64,000 nt of DNA from IMG/VR virus record IMGVR_UViG_3300036766_001793, positions 64,001 through 128,000 of that record. One strand, given 5' to 3'. A program made the translations under genes and the position numbers. The notes beneath the pieces are model-generated. The model did not search any database, was not told the DNA's origin, and worked only from the letters and a program-made list of their open reading frames with translations. Below, in pieces: positions 53,255 to 62,966 of the stretch; within the stretch, counting starts at the first letter, position 1; each line of letters begins with the position of its first letter. Origin of the DNA: a virus.

Positions 53255-53722
53255 CTAGCGGTTGATGCTCGCCGAGAGCTCTTGGACAAAGTCAAGCGCC
53301 TTGGACAGCTCGGCCCTGTTCAGGCCAGCCTGCGACCCTGGAGCGGCCTTGGCTGGCCAGCCGCTGAAGCCCAAGGACGGCTTCGCCGCGGGGGCGAGTG
53401 GCTTGGGCCTGGCGGGGAGACTGAAGCCAGTGCTGGCGGCCGGTGCTTTCTGGGGGGCGGACCCCTTCGGCTTGCCCCATTTGGCCACCTCCGAAGAGAC
53501 GGCCTCCGCCTTGCGGGCCATCCTCAAGAGGTCGTCCGCGGAGTCTCCGCCTCCGCCGCTCTCCGAGCGGTCCCCGCTGCCCCAGTCCTCGTCAGCCTTC
53601 TGCCCGCTGTCGTAGGCCCCGCCGTCGGCGCCCTCGATCGGGTCTTCCGTCGGGTCCATTGCCTTCTGGACGGCGAGGTTGAATCTGATGTCCGCGGTAG
53701 TGCCTTGTCTCTGCATGGTCAA
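53255..53722 (-). CDS. Low-complexity protein with K-[AG] sites (putative head protein)
   Basis: VQKAMD, ARKAE, LSKALD. Confidence 0.5.
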   Translation of the reverse strand: MTMQRQGTTADIRFNLAVQKAMDPTEDPIEGADGGAYDSGQKADEDWGSGDRSESGGGGDSADDLLRMARKAEAVSSEVAKWGKPKGSAPQKAPAASTGFSLPARPKPLAPAAKPSLGFSGWPAKAAPGSQAGLNRAELSKALDFVQELSASINR

Positions 53723-53769
53723 TCCCCCAGGGTTAGGTTACCGGGCAGGGGACCTGTATGGGAGCCTAT

Positions 53770-54555
53770 TCACCGTGTCCAAGGCGGGGTCCATGACTGA
53801 TCGTCTTGCACATCCCAGAGGGACCACCTGTTCCTCTGCCACTGGGTCTTGCCTATCCCGTACGTCTTGTAAAGCAGGCGCCTCCTTTCGGCGAAGGCAC
53901 GTTGCACCCTAGGCGGCAGCCCGGCCAACGAGACCGGAGTCCTCCCACGGTGCTCCCTGTCCAGCTCCCGCTGGGTGGCCGCGATGACCAGTTCCACCTG
54001 TGAGTCAGGCACCGGCTCTATGCCCTCGTCGACCCCAGGGTACCAGAGGTCTGAGTCGTCGAATGCCTGGCACGCCTGGGCCAGCTCATAGCCGATGAGC
54101 CACCCCAGGTCCTGGAGGCCGTAGTGGAGCTCAGGGTCCTTGGCGGTCGTGATCCCCTGGTGTATCGAGCTCATCTCGGTCACCATGTGCCGCGACGGGT
54201 CTATGCCGTCGAGGTTGATCCTGAGCTCTATGGATCCCAGCAGGTCGTGGAGGCTACCGTCCGCGAGGCACCTGTCCATCAGCTCGCCGTAGGTCATGTC
54301 CATGAGAGGAGACCCCGACTTGTCGAGTTCCTCTATAATCCTGGTGGCCCCCTTCGACTTGAGGACGGGCTCGACGAGCCACAGGAGAGCCCTCTCCCGG
54401 CGGCCCGCCATCGGCTTCCCCTTCGGGATGGACCTGATCTTCCTGACCGGCGTGGACCTGAAGTCCCCGTTGGTAACGGCCGAGAGGTCCTCTGGGGCCG
54501 GGGCTTGGGCCCCGTAGAGGGTCTCGTAGTCATAGCCGTAGAAATAGCCAGGCAC
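53770..54555 (-). CDS. Hypothetical protein
   Basis: Long ORF, phage codon usage. Confidence 0.6.
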   Translation of the reverse strand: MPGYFYGYDYETLYGAQAPAPEDLSAVTNGDFRSTPVRKIRSIPKGKPMAGRRERALLWLVEPVLKSKGATRIIEELDKSGSPLMDMTYGELMDRCLADGSLHDLLGSIELRINLDGIDPSRHMVTEMSSIHQGITTAKDPELHYGLQDLGWLIGYELAQACQAFDDSDLWYPGVDEGIEPVPDSQVELVIAATQRELDREHRGRTPVSLAGLPPRVQRAFAERRRLLYKTYGIGKTQWQRNRWSLWDVQDDQSWTPPWTR

Positions 54556-54796
54556 TCTAGACGTCCTCGTCCTGGGCAGACGGCCCAGGGACCATGTTCA
54601 GTGAGACAAGCTCTCCGCCACTATCCTACCACGCCCGAAGAGATCTGGGCGACCCGCTATGGCTCCACGTCTGGGGACGCCAGTTCGCGCTGCTGCTGGG
54701 GGCAAATCTCGTCTGGGGAGACGTGCGTCTCCCTCCAGGGGGCGGCGTCGGGGGAGGTGGCCGGGGCGATAGTCGGTGTGGTCGTGGTCGTGGGCA

Positions 54797-55213
54797 TCAG
54801 TCTGCCTTCTTTCCCTTTCTGTACTCGCTCTCGAAGAGCGGCATCATGATGGAGACGTCTACCTGCGAGTCCACCGGCTCCTCGGAAATCGCCTGCCAGC
54901 CCACTCGCAGGGCCACCCTGGCCGCGAAGGCCTTGCGGAGGACGGGCTTCCCGAGTGGGGAACCGCCTGAGGATTTCGCCTCCTGCGGAACCGCGTAGTC
55001 GATCGCGAAGCAGTCGTCCAGGGAGAGCGACAGACAGGCCTCCGGCTGTCCGTTTTCCTCGCAGAAGAGGATGCCCGTCGCTATCTGGTCATTGAGCTCC
55101 TGGCTTGTCGGAGGGATCTTCCACTGGTCCTGGCCGGACATCTCGTGGCGCACCTTGCTCTGGAGCAGCCACAGCTCCTCGAGCGTGAATGTGACCGGGG
55201 TTCTCTCAGGCAT
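54797..55213 (-). CDS. Hypothetical protein (MPERTPVTF...)
   Basis: GGAGG RBS. Confidence 0.55.
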   Translation of the reverse strand: MPERTPVTFTLEELWLLQSKVRHEMSGQDQWKIPPTSQELNDQIATGILFCEENGQPEACLSLSLDDCFAIDYAVPQEAKSSGGSPLGKPVLRKAFAARVALRVGWQAISEEPVDSQVDVSIMMPLFESEYRKGKKAD

Positions 55214-55293
55214 CTGTGCCTCCGCCGGATTACTATGCGCCCGCCGGGGTGGGATTGGGGCCTGCCATCGGCCACACTTTGCGAAGTTTCCCG

Positions 55294-57483
55294 TTACCCG
55301 CACCTCTCGAACGAGCAGGAGGGGCAGTGGGCGCACCCATTGGCGTGCCTCATCATCTGGCCGCACGCCGGGCAGGTCTCCCCGGTGAGGGCCCCGATGA
55401 TGGCCTCCTCAGCCCCTTGCGGGACCGCCCCGCCCCACCTGATCTCCATGTAGCGGACGATGTAGTCGATTATCGAGGAGGCGAACGGGATGTCGGGGTT
55501 GGCGGTCCGGCCTGCCGGGGCGAAGACCTGGCCGGTGAGCTTCTCGGTGAGAGCCCCGAAGTCCACCCCGTACTGGAGGCAGTACGACAGGAGCATCGCG
55601 ACGACGTCCATGAGGCCGTTCATCGTGCTGCCCTGCTTGGAGATGTTGATGAACACCTCCCCAGGCGCGCCGTCCTCGAAGAGGCCGACGGTGAGGTACC
55701 CCTCGACCCCGTCCACCTCGAACTTGTGGTTGACCGCGGACCGATCTGTCGGGAGCCTCCTGCGCTTCTGCGGCCGGGCGGGACTGTCCGGCTCCGCCTG
55801 CTGCTCCGCCATGGAGGCGGCGGTATGGAGCACCTGGGCGGCCCGGCTACCGTCGCGGTAGACGGACAGGCTCTTGCAGCCCTCGTCGTAGGCGAACATG
55901 TAGATGCGGGCTACGTCTTCCACGGTCGCGCTGTTCGGCAGGTTTGCTGTCTTCGAGATGGAGCTGCACACGAACTCTTGGGCGGCCGCCTGCATGAGCA
56001 CGTGCTCTTCCGGGGTCACGTCCATGGCGGCGACTACGTAGGCGGGCCTGGCGATTTTGTCCTCATAGGTGTCGGCCCAGTCGCTCTTGACCCAATACTC
56101 GCCGAGGCGGTCCCTCCTGAAGTACTTGAAGTCGAAGTACGGCTCGATGCCTGAGTTCACGCCTGTCATCTGCGAGATGGTCCCGGTGGGCGCGACCGAA
56201 AGGAGGTAGCAGTTCCTGATGCCGTACTCAGAGATGCCCCGACGAATGTCCACCGGCAGCCTCTTGATGAAAGGGCGCTTGAGGTACTCCTCGGCGATGA
56301 ACTCCGGGAATGGGCCGCGCTCGGCAGACAGGGCGACGCTCGCCCGGTACGACTCGTCGCGGAGCGTCCTGAATACCCTGGAGGTGAAGGCGAGGGCCTC
56401 CTCGGATCCGTACCTCAGCCTCAGGTCGAGGAGGGCGTCCGCCAGACCCATGACCCCTATGCCCATGCGCCTGATGCGCTGCTGGCTATCCCGGCACTCT
56501 GGGAGTGGATAGTGGCTCAGATCGACTATGTTGTCGTTGAACCTGACTGCGATTGGGGCGTACTGCTTGAGCTCCTCGAAGTCGAACACCTTACCAGTTC
56601 CGTTGGGGTCCTGCTTGACGAATGCCCTGAGGTTGAATGACCCGAGGAGACAGGCTCCGTAAGGGCCGAGAGTTTGCTCCCCGCACGGATTTGAAGCATA
56701 TTGCGTTTCGAAGTACCCTGAGTTGGCCTCCTTGTTGGCCCTCTCCATGAAATAGATCCCCGGCTCCGCGGATCTCCAGGCCGCCGCCACGATCTCGTCC
56801 CAGATCTGCCTAGCCCTCACGGTCCTGTAAACGCGCCCGCCCCACCTGAGCTCCCAGTCGTCGTTCCGCTTGACCGCCTCCATGAAGGAGTCCGAGAGGC
56901 AGACCGACATGTTGCATCCTTCGAGCCGCCCGGGGATCTCCTTGGCGTGGATGAACTCGAACACGTCGGGGTGGTCGCAGTCGATCATGATCATCGCGGC
57001 GCCCCGCCGGCTGCCGCCCTGGACGACCACGTCGTGGGAGACGTACGCGAAGAGCTGGGCCCACGTGACCGGCCCAGAGGACGTTCCGTTGACGCCCCTC
57101 ACCGGGTCCCCGGATGGGCGGAGCGAAGAGATGTTGATGCCCACCCCGCCACCCTTGGACTGGATCTCCGTCCACTGCATGAGGGACGTCCCGACGATGC
57201 CCTGCCTGCTGTCCTCGGGGCTGGGGAGGACGAAGCAGTTGAGGGCGGTGACGCCGGCCCCCGTGCCCATGGCGGCGAGTATGCGCCCCCCAGGGACGTA
57301 CCTGGAGTCCTCCATCAGTGAGTAGAACCTCTGGGCCCACTCCTCTCGCGCCGGCTCTGCCTCGGCCTCGGCGACGGCGCTGGACACCCTCCGCCACGCT
57401 TGGTGCGGGAACTGCTCCCCGTCGTGCGCGTAGCGGTCCTGGAAGGTCAGGACCTGGACATCTGAATAGACAGCACTAGTCAA
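55294..57483 (-). CDS. nrdJ: Class II (adenosylcobalamin-dependent) ribonucleotide reductase with C-terminal TSCPD-like and Zn-ribbon domains
   Basis: PGGRIL, LNCFV, GGSRRGA, NPCGEQ, GIGVMG, APTGT, SISKT, YRDGSR; CPACG...CPSC. Confidence 0.92.
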   Translation of the reverse strand: MTSAVYSDVQVLTFQDRYAHDGEQFPHQAWRRVSSAVAEAEAEPAREEWAQRFYSLMEDSRYVPGGRILAAMGTGAGVTALNCFVLPSPEDSRQGIVGTSLMQWTEIQSKGGGVGINISSLRPSGDPVRGVNGTSSGPVTWAQLFAYVSHDVVVQGGSRRGAAMIMIDCDHPDVFEFIHAKEIPGRLEGCNMSVCLSDSFMEAVKRNDDWELRWGGRVYRTVRARQIWDEIVAAAWRSAEPGIYFMERANKEANSGYFETQYASNPCGEQTLGPYGACLLGSFNLRAFVKQDPNGTGKVFDFEELKQYAPIAVRFNDNIVDLSHYPLPECRDSQQRIRRMGIGVMGLADALLDLRLRYGSEEALAFTSRVFRTLRDESYRASVALSAERGPFPEFIAEEYLKRPFIKRLPVDIRRGISEYGIRNCYLLSVAPTGTISQMTGVNSGIEPYFDFKYFRRDRLGEYWVKSDWADTYEDKIARPAYVVAAMDVTPEEHVLMQAAAQEFVCSSISKTANLPNSATVEDVARIYMFAYDEGCKSLSVYRDGSRAAQVLHTAASMAEQQAEPDSPARPQKRRRLPTDRSAVNHKFEVDGVEGYLTVGLFEDGAPGEVFINISKQGSTMNGLMDVVAMLLSYCLQYGVDFGALTEKLTGQVFAPAGRTANPDIPFASSIIDYIVRYMEIRWGGAVPQGAEEAIIGALTGETCPACGQMMRHANGCAHCPSCSFERCG

Positions 57484-57543
57484 CTCGATCCATCTCCTCT
57501 GATGTCGTAGAAAACTCTAAGCAGTAACTAGGCAGGTGTGTCC

Positions 57544-59130
57544 CTACTTCAGCGGGCGCTGGGCGTAGGCGGCCCCCTTGTACACATTGGCCGAGCTCGG
57601 GACGACCACGGGATCTGAAGACCAGCGACCCATGCTCGGGTTGCGCTCGCCCGGACTCAGGGACGGGTGGTCGTTCCGAGCAGGGTCTTCATCGAGCCCA
57701 GCCGCAAACTCGGAGAAGATGTCCTCGGCGACGACCATGGCCGCCTGCTTGGCGACGTCTGGGTCCTCGTGCGGGTTAGTCCTCATGAACAGGTCTGCGA
57801 GCGGGTCCACGAGGTCGTAGGCGTCGTCGTGGCTGAGGTCTCCCGCCCTGGCGGACCTGGCCCACTCCCGCTTGAACTGGCCCTGCAGCCGCCCTCCCGC
57901 CGGATCGTTGTCCGCCATGTCTCGCATGCGCTCGCCGTAGTCGTCGGCCGTGGCCTCACTCTCCTCCCTCGACCTCTGCGGCCTGCGGACCTTCAGCGAC
58001 TGGACCTCCTCCACGTCCTTGGGGTGGAGCTGCCCGCCGCTGTCCGTGACGAACCGGCCGCCGCGCGGCCCCTGCTGGACGTTGGTCCCCTGCGGCGGCT
58101 GCTCGTCCGGCCTCAGGTAGCGGACGTCTTCGGCCGCCTTCTCCTCCCGGCGCTCGGCCGGCCAGTGACCCGTGCCCTCGTGCTCGGCCCAGGCGCAGAA
58201 GGCGTGCGGGTCGTCGACTGTGCCGCCGACGTGCTCCATGCACTTCGAGTGCGGCCCCTTCGAGACCGACTCCCAGAACTTCCTGGACGAGCCCCTGCCC
58301 CATCCCTTCGGCTTGCCGGCCTTGTTGGCGACCTCGCCGCTGGTCACGCTGCCGGAGTAGGGGCCCTCCGTCTCCGGGTGCTCTATGTCGTGCGCCACCG
58401 ACCCGTAGGCCGGGCGGGCCATCGACCCGTGGATCCCGTCGTCCTCCGGCTCGTCGGCCGGGTAGGACGGCTCGCCGACCGCCTTCAGGATCGAGTCGCT
58501 GACCATGACGACCGCGTCGAGGGACCAGGAGACTGAGCTCTCGAGCTCTTCGTCTGGGTCCACCTCTGGGCCCCTGGCCTTCGCGAGCCCCTCGCCCTTG
58601 AACGTCTTCCCGCTGCGGAGGGACGCCGTCTGGGTCAGGAGGTTGCTGCCGCTCGGCCTCCGCGGCGCCGGTTGGGCCGGCGGGGCCTTCGGCTTGAGGC
58701 TGAAGGTGTGCCCCTGGACGTCGGCGCCCTCGAGCATGTCGTCCCCGAGGATGCGTCGCGCGTCCGTCTCCCTGGTGGCCTGGATCTCCTGCAGCCTCCC
58801 GCGGAGCTCCTGGATGCGCCTCATCTCCGGCGGGTTGCACTCGCCCTTCCTGGCCTTGTCGTACAGGTCCTTGTACTCGTCGATGATCTTGTCTTCCTCG
58901 CCGTGCATCGGGTCGGCCGAGGCCTTCCTGTGCCTGAGGGTGACCGGGTGCTCCTCCGGATGGCCGAAATGGCGGTGGGTCAGCACCTTCCGATCTGGGC
59001 CGGTCTCCGCGACGTGAACCGGCCTCTGCGTATAGGAGGCCTCCACCGCCGGCACCGGGCCGAGCGGGGCTTGGGTCCCGACGGACATCCCCTGCTTGTT
59101 GACGACTGACTGGCCTACGGCGATAGTCAT
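57544..59130 (-). CDS. Modular putative internal head protein with GPRGG motif
   Basis: KCMEH...DDPHAFCAW...GHWP module; EEKAAEDVRYLRPDEQPPQGTNVQQGPRGGRF; many K-[AG] sites. Confidence 0.6.
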   Translation of the reverse strand: MTIAVGQSVVNKQGMSVGTQAPLGPVPAVEASYTQRPVHVAETGPDRKVLTHRHFGHPEEHPVTLRHRKASADPMHGEEDKIIDEYKDLYDKARKGECNPPEMRRIQELRGRLQEIQATRETDARRILGDDMLEGADVQGHTFSLKPKAPPAQPAPRRPSGSNLLTQTASLRSGKTFKGEGLAKARGPEVDPDEELESSVSWSLDAVVMVSDSILKAVGEPSYPADEPEDDGIHGSMARPAYGSVAHDIEHPETEGPYSGSVTSGEVANKAGKPKGWGRGSSRKFWESVSKGPHSKCMEHVGGTVDDPHAFCAWAEHEGTGHWPAERREEKAAEDVRYLRPDEQPPQGTNVQQGPRGGRFVTDSGGQLHPKDVEEVQSLKVRRPQRSREESEATADDYGERMRDMADNDPAGGRLQGQFKREWARSARAGDLSHDDAYDLVDPLADLFMRTNPHEDPDVAKQAAMVVAEDIFSEFAAGLDEDPARNDHPSLSPGERNPSMGRWSSDPVVVPSSANVYKGAAYAQRPLK

Positions 59131-59372
59131 GACCTGGTTATCTCCCTGAGGGTGACTGGCCTCAGGCCCCCGCGGGGCTGCGGGTCAGCGCGCAGATCCC
59201 AGTTTACCCTGCGCCTCCTGATCTGGGGGACCCTGGAGACCGGGGCCGTGGCCATCATGAGGAGCTGGAACCACCTCACCCTGATCGTGCACCTGGAGCA
59301 CTTCTCGACCCCGAGCAGCTTGGCCGGGACCCAGAGCACCGCGGTAAGCAGGCGGTCGACGAGATCTACCAA
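59127..59372 (-). CDS. Hypothetical protein
   Basis: Operon-coupled. Confidence 0.4.
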   Translation of the reverse strand: MVDLVDRLLTAVLWVPAKLLGVEKCSRCTIRVRWFQLLMMATAPVSRVPQIRRRRVNWDLRADPQPRGGLRPVTLREITRS

Positions 59373-59827
59373 GATCTGTCCTCGCCGCAGTTGCAGCCAC
59401 CCTTCTTGAGCGGTATGGGGCCGAAGATGGCGCTCGCAAACCTGGTCGCCGCGTACTCAATGGGCATGCCCTTGGTGACCTTCGGGATCTGGTAGATACC
59501 GCCGTGCCCCCCGTCCTCAGACTTCCGGATCGCCTGGCCGGAGAGCTCGGCCCCAGTGACCGCGTACCAGCTGCCGCCCTTGTGCCAGAGCTCCGCGTAT
59601 CCCGCCGCGTTGTCCACGGAGATGACGTGCTGGAGCCCGCCGTCCACCGCCTTGGAGAGGTCGGGCCACCTGGTGGTCCTCGCTTTCTTGGCGATCCCCA
59701 GCAGGCCCCCGGCGGCGCCCGAGTACTCCGCGGCCCTGGAGATGGCGCTGGCCGACTCCTGCGGGCTGAACCCCGGCACGACCAGCGCCTGGTCGGCCTT
59801 CACGATGCTGAGAAAATCATGTGCCAT
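59366..59827 (-). CDS. Hypothetical protein with K-[AGS] sites
   Basis: IVKAD, LSKAV, IRKSE, VTKGM. Confidence 0.55.
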   Translation of the reverse strand: MAHDFLSIVKADQALVVPGFSPQESASAISRAAEYSGAAGGLLGIAKKARTTRWPDLSKAVDGGLQHVISVDNAAGYAELWHKGGSWYAVTGAELSGQAIRKSEDGGHGGIYQIPKVTKGMPIEYAATRFASAIFGPIPLKKGGCNCGEDRSW

Positions 59828-59847
59828 ATTTCGGCCCCCTCAGAATC

Positions 59848-60357
59848 CTAAGCCATCTTCTCGGTCCGAGGGGCCCTCTTCCCCTTGGCGGCGACCGGCT
59901 TAGCCACCTCGACGGGCGACCAACTGGCGGCGTCCCAGCCCGCCACGAGCGTCTCCTCCACGTAGTCTAGGCCCGCTTCCTCGAGGCCCCGCTCATCAAC
60001 GCTCGGGGCTGGCCCGGGGCCATCAGCTCCGTTTGCCGTCGTTGGCTTCGCCCAAGGGGAAGCTGAGTCGAGGGCTGGGGACTCGTCGAACAGGCCCGAT
60101 TCAGCTACGCCAATGAAGTAGGCGGAGCCGAGCCTGTTCGTCGAGAACCCCCACTCCTCGTTGTTCCAGAGGAGGAGCGACTCGATCTTCCCGACCGGGA
60201 CCTGGCTGTCGATGATCTCTCCCTGGGCGGTGAAGTCGCCGGCAGAGGCGAGGACCAGGAAGTCCCCCGCGTCCGTCTTGCGCTCCCCGACCACCTCCCC
60301 GGAGACGACGCCGGCTCCCCTGAGGATGATCACCACGAACCCGCTGATTTCTGTCAT
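59848..60357 (-). CDS. Hypothetical protein
   Basis: Minus-strand ORF in gene order. Confidence 0.5.
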   Translation of the reverse strand: MTEISGFVVIILRGAGVVSGEVVGERKTDAGDFLVLASAGDFTAQGEIIDSQVPVGKIESLLLWNNEEWGFSTNRLGSAYFIGVAESGLFDESPALDSASPWAKPTTANGADGPGPAPSVDERGLEEAGLDYVEETLVAGWDAASWSPVEVAKPVAAKGKRAPRTEKMA

Positions 60358-60370
60358 GCCCTAGTACCCC

Positions 60371-60610
60371 TTACTCCTCGTCGAACTGCACCCCGGCGGA
60401 CAGGTCATTCCCTGGCACGTCGGGGGCGTCCTTAACTGATGCTATCGTGAGGGCCACGTTCCCCGCCAGTTGGTACGAGGCCGCGGCGTCCTTCCACTGG
60501 CCGGCCTGCGAGGCGAGCTTGCCGTTCTCCATGAAGCTCTCGAACACCCGGGCAAGCCTCTCCGACACCTCCGCCTTCGTCGGGCCGAGGGCCTTCGTCT
60601 CCTCTGTCAT
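60371..60610 (-). CDS. Hypothetical protein (MTEETKALG...)
   Basis: ATGA overlap with the upstream gene. Confidence 0.5.
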   Translation of the reverse strand: MTEETKALGPTKAEVSERLARVFESFMENGKLASQAGQWKDAAASYQLAGNVALTIASVKDAPDVPGNDLSAGVQFDEE

Positions 60611-60966
60611 TTCCCCAACACGTCCTGGATTGAGAAGCTCCTCTCGTTGAGGGCTGCCCTCCATGCGGCGGCCGCGACTATCCTGAAGATGAGCTGATTC
60701 ACCCGGTCGAGGCTCCTTTCGAACGGCTGCCCGCGGCCGGCGTCGCTGACGACCGACTGGTAGATGGCGGTCATGTTGGCCTTGAGCGCTCGGTTGAGTG
60801 AGTAGTCCTTCTCGAGCCATGCCCTGAGGGAGGGCTCCTCTCTCTCGAGGTGCTCCAACGCCTCGTCGACCCACAGGTCTGCCGCGCGGATCTCTACCAG
60901 GGCCCCATGGTCCAGCTGCTGCCTCAGCAGCCTAGCGAACACCCCTCTTGCCGAGGCAGCAGGCAC
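60607..60966 (-). CDS. Hypothetical protein
   Basis: TATAAT promoter upstream. Confidence 0.55.
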   Translation of the reverse strand: MPAASARGVFARLLRQQLDHGALVEIRAADLWVDEALEHLEREEPSLRAWLEKDYSLNRALKANMTAIYQSVVSDAGRGQPFERSLDRVNQLIFRIVAAAAWRAALNERSFSIQDVLGK

Positions 60967-60988
60967 TTCAACACCCCCCTAGCACAGA

Positions 60989-61342
60989 TTATACCGTCCT
61001 GGACTCAAGCCACCGCTCCAGTCGGCAGATTCTGATGTCCCTCTCCTGGATTATCGTGCTGAGCCTCACTATCTCGATTTCCTTCTCCATGACGAGGGCC
61101 TCGAGCCTGGAGATCTCTGCCCTTGACTCCTCCTTGGCCTGGGCTATCTCCTCTCGGAGGCTGTTGACCTGCTCGTTGAGGAAGTCCCGCTGCTTCTGGC
61201 TCTCCTGCCAGAGGTCTGTGGCGTCGGAGGTCGCTATCCTCCCCGAGGACGTCCTCCTGGCGGCGAAAAAGGCAAAAATGGGAGCCATCACGACCCCGAG
61301 TATTCCAAGCGCTACTGGCCACCACGCGTCAATCACGCCCAT
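60989..61342 (-). CDS. Membrane-anchored coiled-coil protein (holin/lysis-associated-like)
   Basis: N-terminal TM then heptad coil. Confidence 0.5.
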   Translation of the reverse strand: MGVIDAWWPVALGILGVVMAPIFAFFAARRTSSGRIATSDATDLWQESQKQRDFLNEQVNSLREEIAQAKEESRAEISRLEALVMEKEIEIVRLSTIIQERDIRICRLERWLESRTV

Positions 61343-61557
61343 CAAGACAGCCGCCCTGAGGGGATAACCAGCCCGGCGAGGTAAGCAAGCGACAGGAGAG
61401 CCCACGACCCGGCGACAGCCAGCCACCCCAGGGTGAGAAGAACCACAAGGTTAGCCCCCATGGTGCCGGCCAAAGCCACAGAAATGGGGACCAGGTTCCT
61501 CAGATGGAACCTACGCCATGAGTCGCATCCACGCCGAAAGTTCCCTGTGGCCATCAC
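61342..61557 (-). CDS. Small two-TM membrane protein
   Basis: Hydrophobic helices; TGATG coupling. Confidence 0.4.
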   Translation of the reverse strand: MMATGNFRRGCDSWRRFHLRNLVPISVALAGTMGANLVVLLTLGWLAVAGSWALLSLAYLAGLVIPSGRLS

Positions 61558-61592
61558 CCATTATTCCCGCAGGACGACGGTTTCGGGGGCCC

Positions 61593-61805
61593 TCACTCGA
61601 CCGCTATTCTCGGCCCCAGATCCACTATCGGAGAGACCGCCAGCTCGAACAGGTCCCCCACCAGCGGCGCCGAGTCCGGACGAACCTGCATAGAGAGCTG
61701 CACCGCCCCGTCCAGGCTCCGGCAGGACACCATCACTAGCTCCTCGCCCGGCGGCTGCTGGGCCCTCATGAGGGTGGTCTGAAACACCCTCACCTGGACG
61801 GTCAC
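61593..61805 (-). CDS. Hypothetical protein
   Basis: GTGA overlap. Confidence 0.45.
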   Translation of the reverse strand: MTVQVRVFQTTLMRAQQPPGEELVMVSCRSLDGAVQLSMQVRPDSAPLVGDLFELAVSPIVDLGPRIAVE

Positions 61806-62443
61806 AGCACGAGCTCCTCCGGCTCGGCGGCCGGGGAGTCTGGCGTGCTGGACGCGTCAATCGATCCCTGAGTCGATGAGTTGACGGACCTCCCACGGAG
61901 CATGGCGATGCACCTCTGGAGGTGCTCCGCCTGGGCGACGCAGTCGTTGAGCGCGTTGTGACCGCCGCCTCTGGTGTCGGCGTTGGGGAGCTTGGCCCCG
62001 GCGAGCCTGAAGACGGTCCTGGTGTCGTTGCAGTCCCAGAACTCCCACGGAGGCTTGTGGCCTATCCTGGCGTACGCCTCGGAGATGATGGGGATGTCGA
62101 ACGTGGCCCCGTGGCTCCAGACGCACGTCTTGTACCTGACGGCGTGGGACTTGTACCACGAGCTGAAGGCGGAGAGCACCTGCCCGACGGGCTCTGGCCT
62201 GGGGTCCGTCAGCGCCCGCCTAGCCGCGTCCTCCTTGCCGAACCACCACATCACCGTGGAGCCGTCCACCCTCAGGCCTAGATCTATGCAGGACTGGGCG
62301 TCGACGTTCCTGTAGAACGCCCTCTGGCCACCAAAGGGCACTCCGTCTGAGAACGGGTCGAACGCCACGGCTCCTATCGAGAGGAAGGCGGTGTCGCCCC
62401 GCGTCCCAAGGGTCTCGAGGTCGACCATAATGTCAAGAGGCAT
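61802..62443 (-). CDS. DEDDh 3'-5' exo(ribo)nuclease (Rv2179c/RNase T-like)
   Basis: MVDLETLG...SIGAV...WSHGATFD...DTRT...HNALNDC. Confidence 0.85.
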   Translation of the reverse strand: MPLDIMVDLETLGTRGDTAFLSIGAVAFDPFSDGVPFGGQRAFYRNVDAQSCIDLGLRVDGSTVMWWFGKEDAARRALTDPRPEPVGQVLSAFSSWYKSHAVRYKTCVWSHGATFDIPIISEAYARIGHKPPWEFWDCNDTRTVFRLAGAKLPNADTRGGGHNALNDCVAQAEHLQRCIAMLRGRSVNSSTQGSIDASSTPDSPAAEPEELVL

Positions 62444-62499
62444 CCGCGGCTCCTTAGCTCGATTGGCTGCACCTTCTAGGATACCGGCATTTCTGCGTT

Positions 62500-62964
62500 C
62501 TACACCAGACCGAGCCTAACCACGTCGGCAATCCACAGGGCGTCTGCCTCGTTGTCGTCGGAGACCTTGATCCCCCATTTAGCCTCGGCAGCAGACACCA
62601 TCTCGCCCTTCCCAGCATTGCCCCGCCCTGTGCCGTGCCGCTTGGCAGTCCCAACCGGGACGCCGGCGTACGGGACCCCGAGCTCCTCGCACACCCGCGT
62701 GACCGTGGCGACGACCCCGCCGTAGATGTGGGCGGCGTCCGTCCCCATGTGCCGACGGACCTCCTCGAACCCCACCACCGTCTCAGCTGGGTCGGAGAGC
62801 AGCTCCCTGACGTGGCGGTCGAGCCTGACGAACCTCATCCCGGCCCCGTCGAATCTGCCGCCAGAGAGCCTCCAGGTGCCGCTGGCGACCCTGAGGCCTG
62901 ATTCGTCGAGGACCGCCCACCCACAGTTCATTCCAGGGTCTATGCCGACATATCTCTTCACCAC
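62500..62964 (-). CDS. ruvC: RuvC-like Holliday junction resolvase
   Basis: GIDPG...FEE...K...TGRGNAGK...DDNEADAL. Confidence 0.85.
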   Translation of the reverse strand: MVKRYVGIDPGMNCGWAVLDESGLRVASGTWRLSGGRFDGAGMRFVRLDRHVRELLSDPAETVVGFEEVRRHMGTDAAHIYGGVVATVTRVCEELGVPYAGVPVGTAKRHGTGRGNAGKGEMVSAAEAKWGIKVSDDNEADALWIADVVRLGLV

Positions 62965-62966
62965 GC

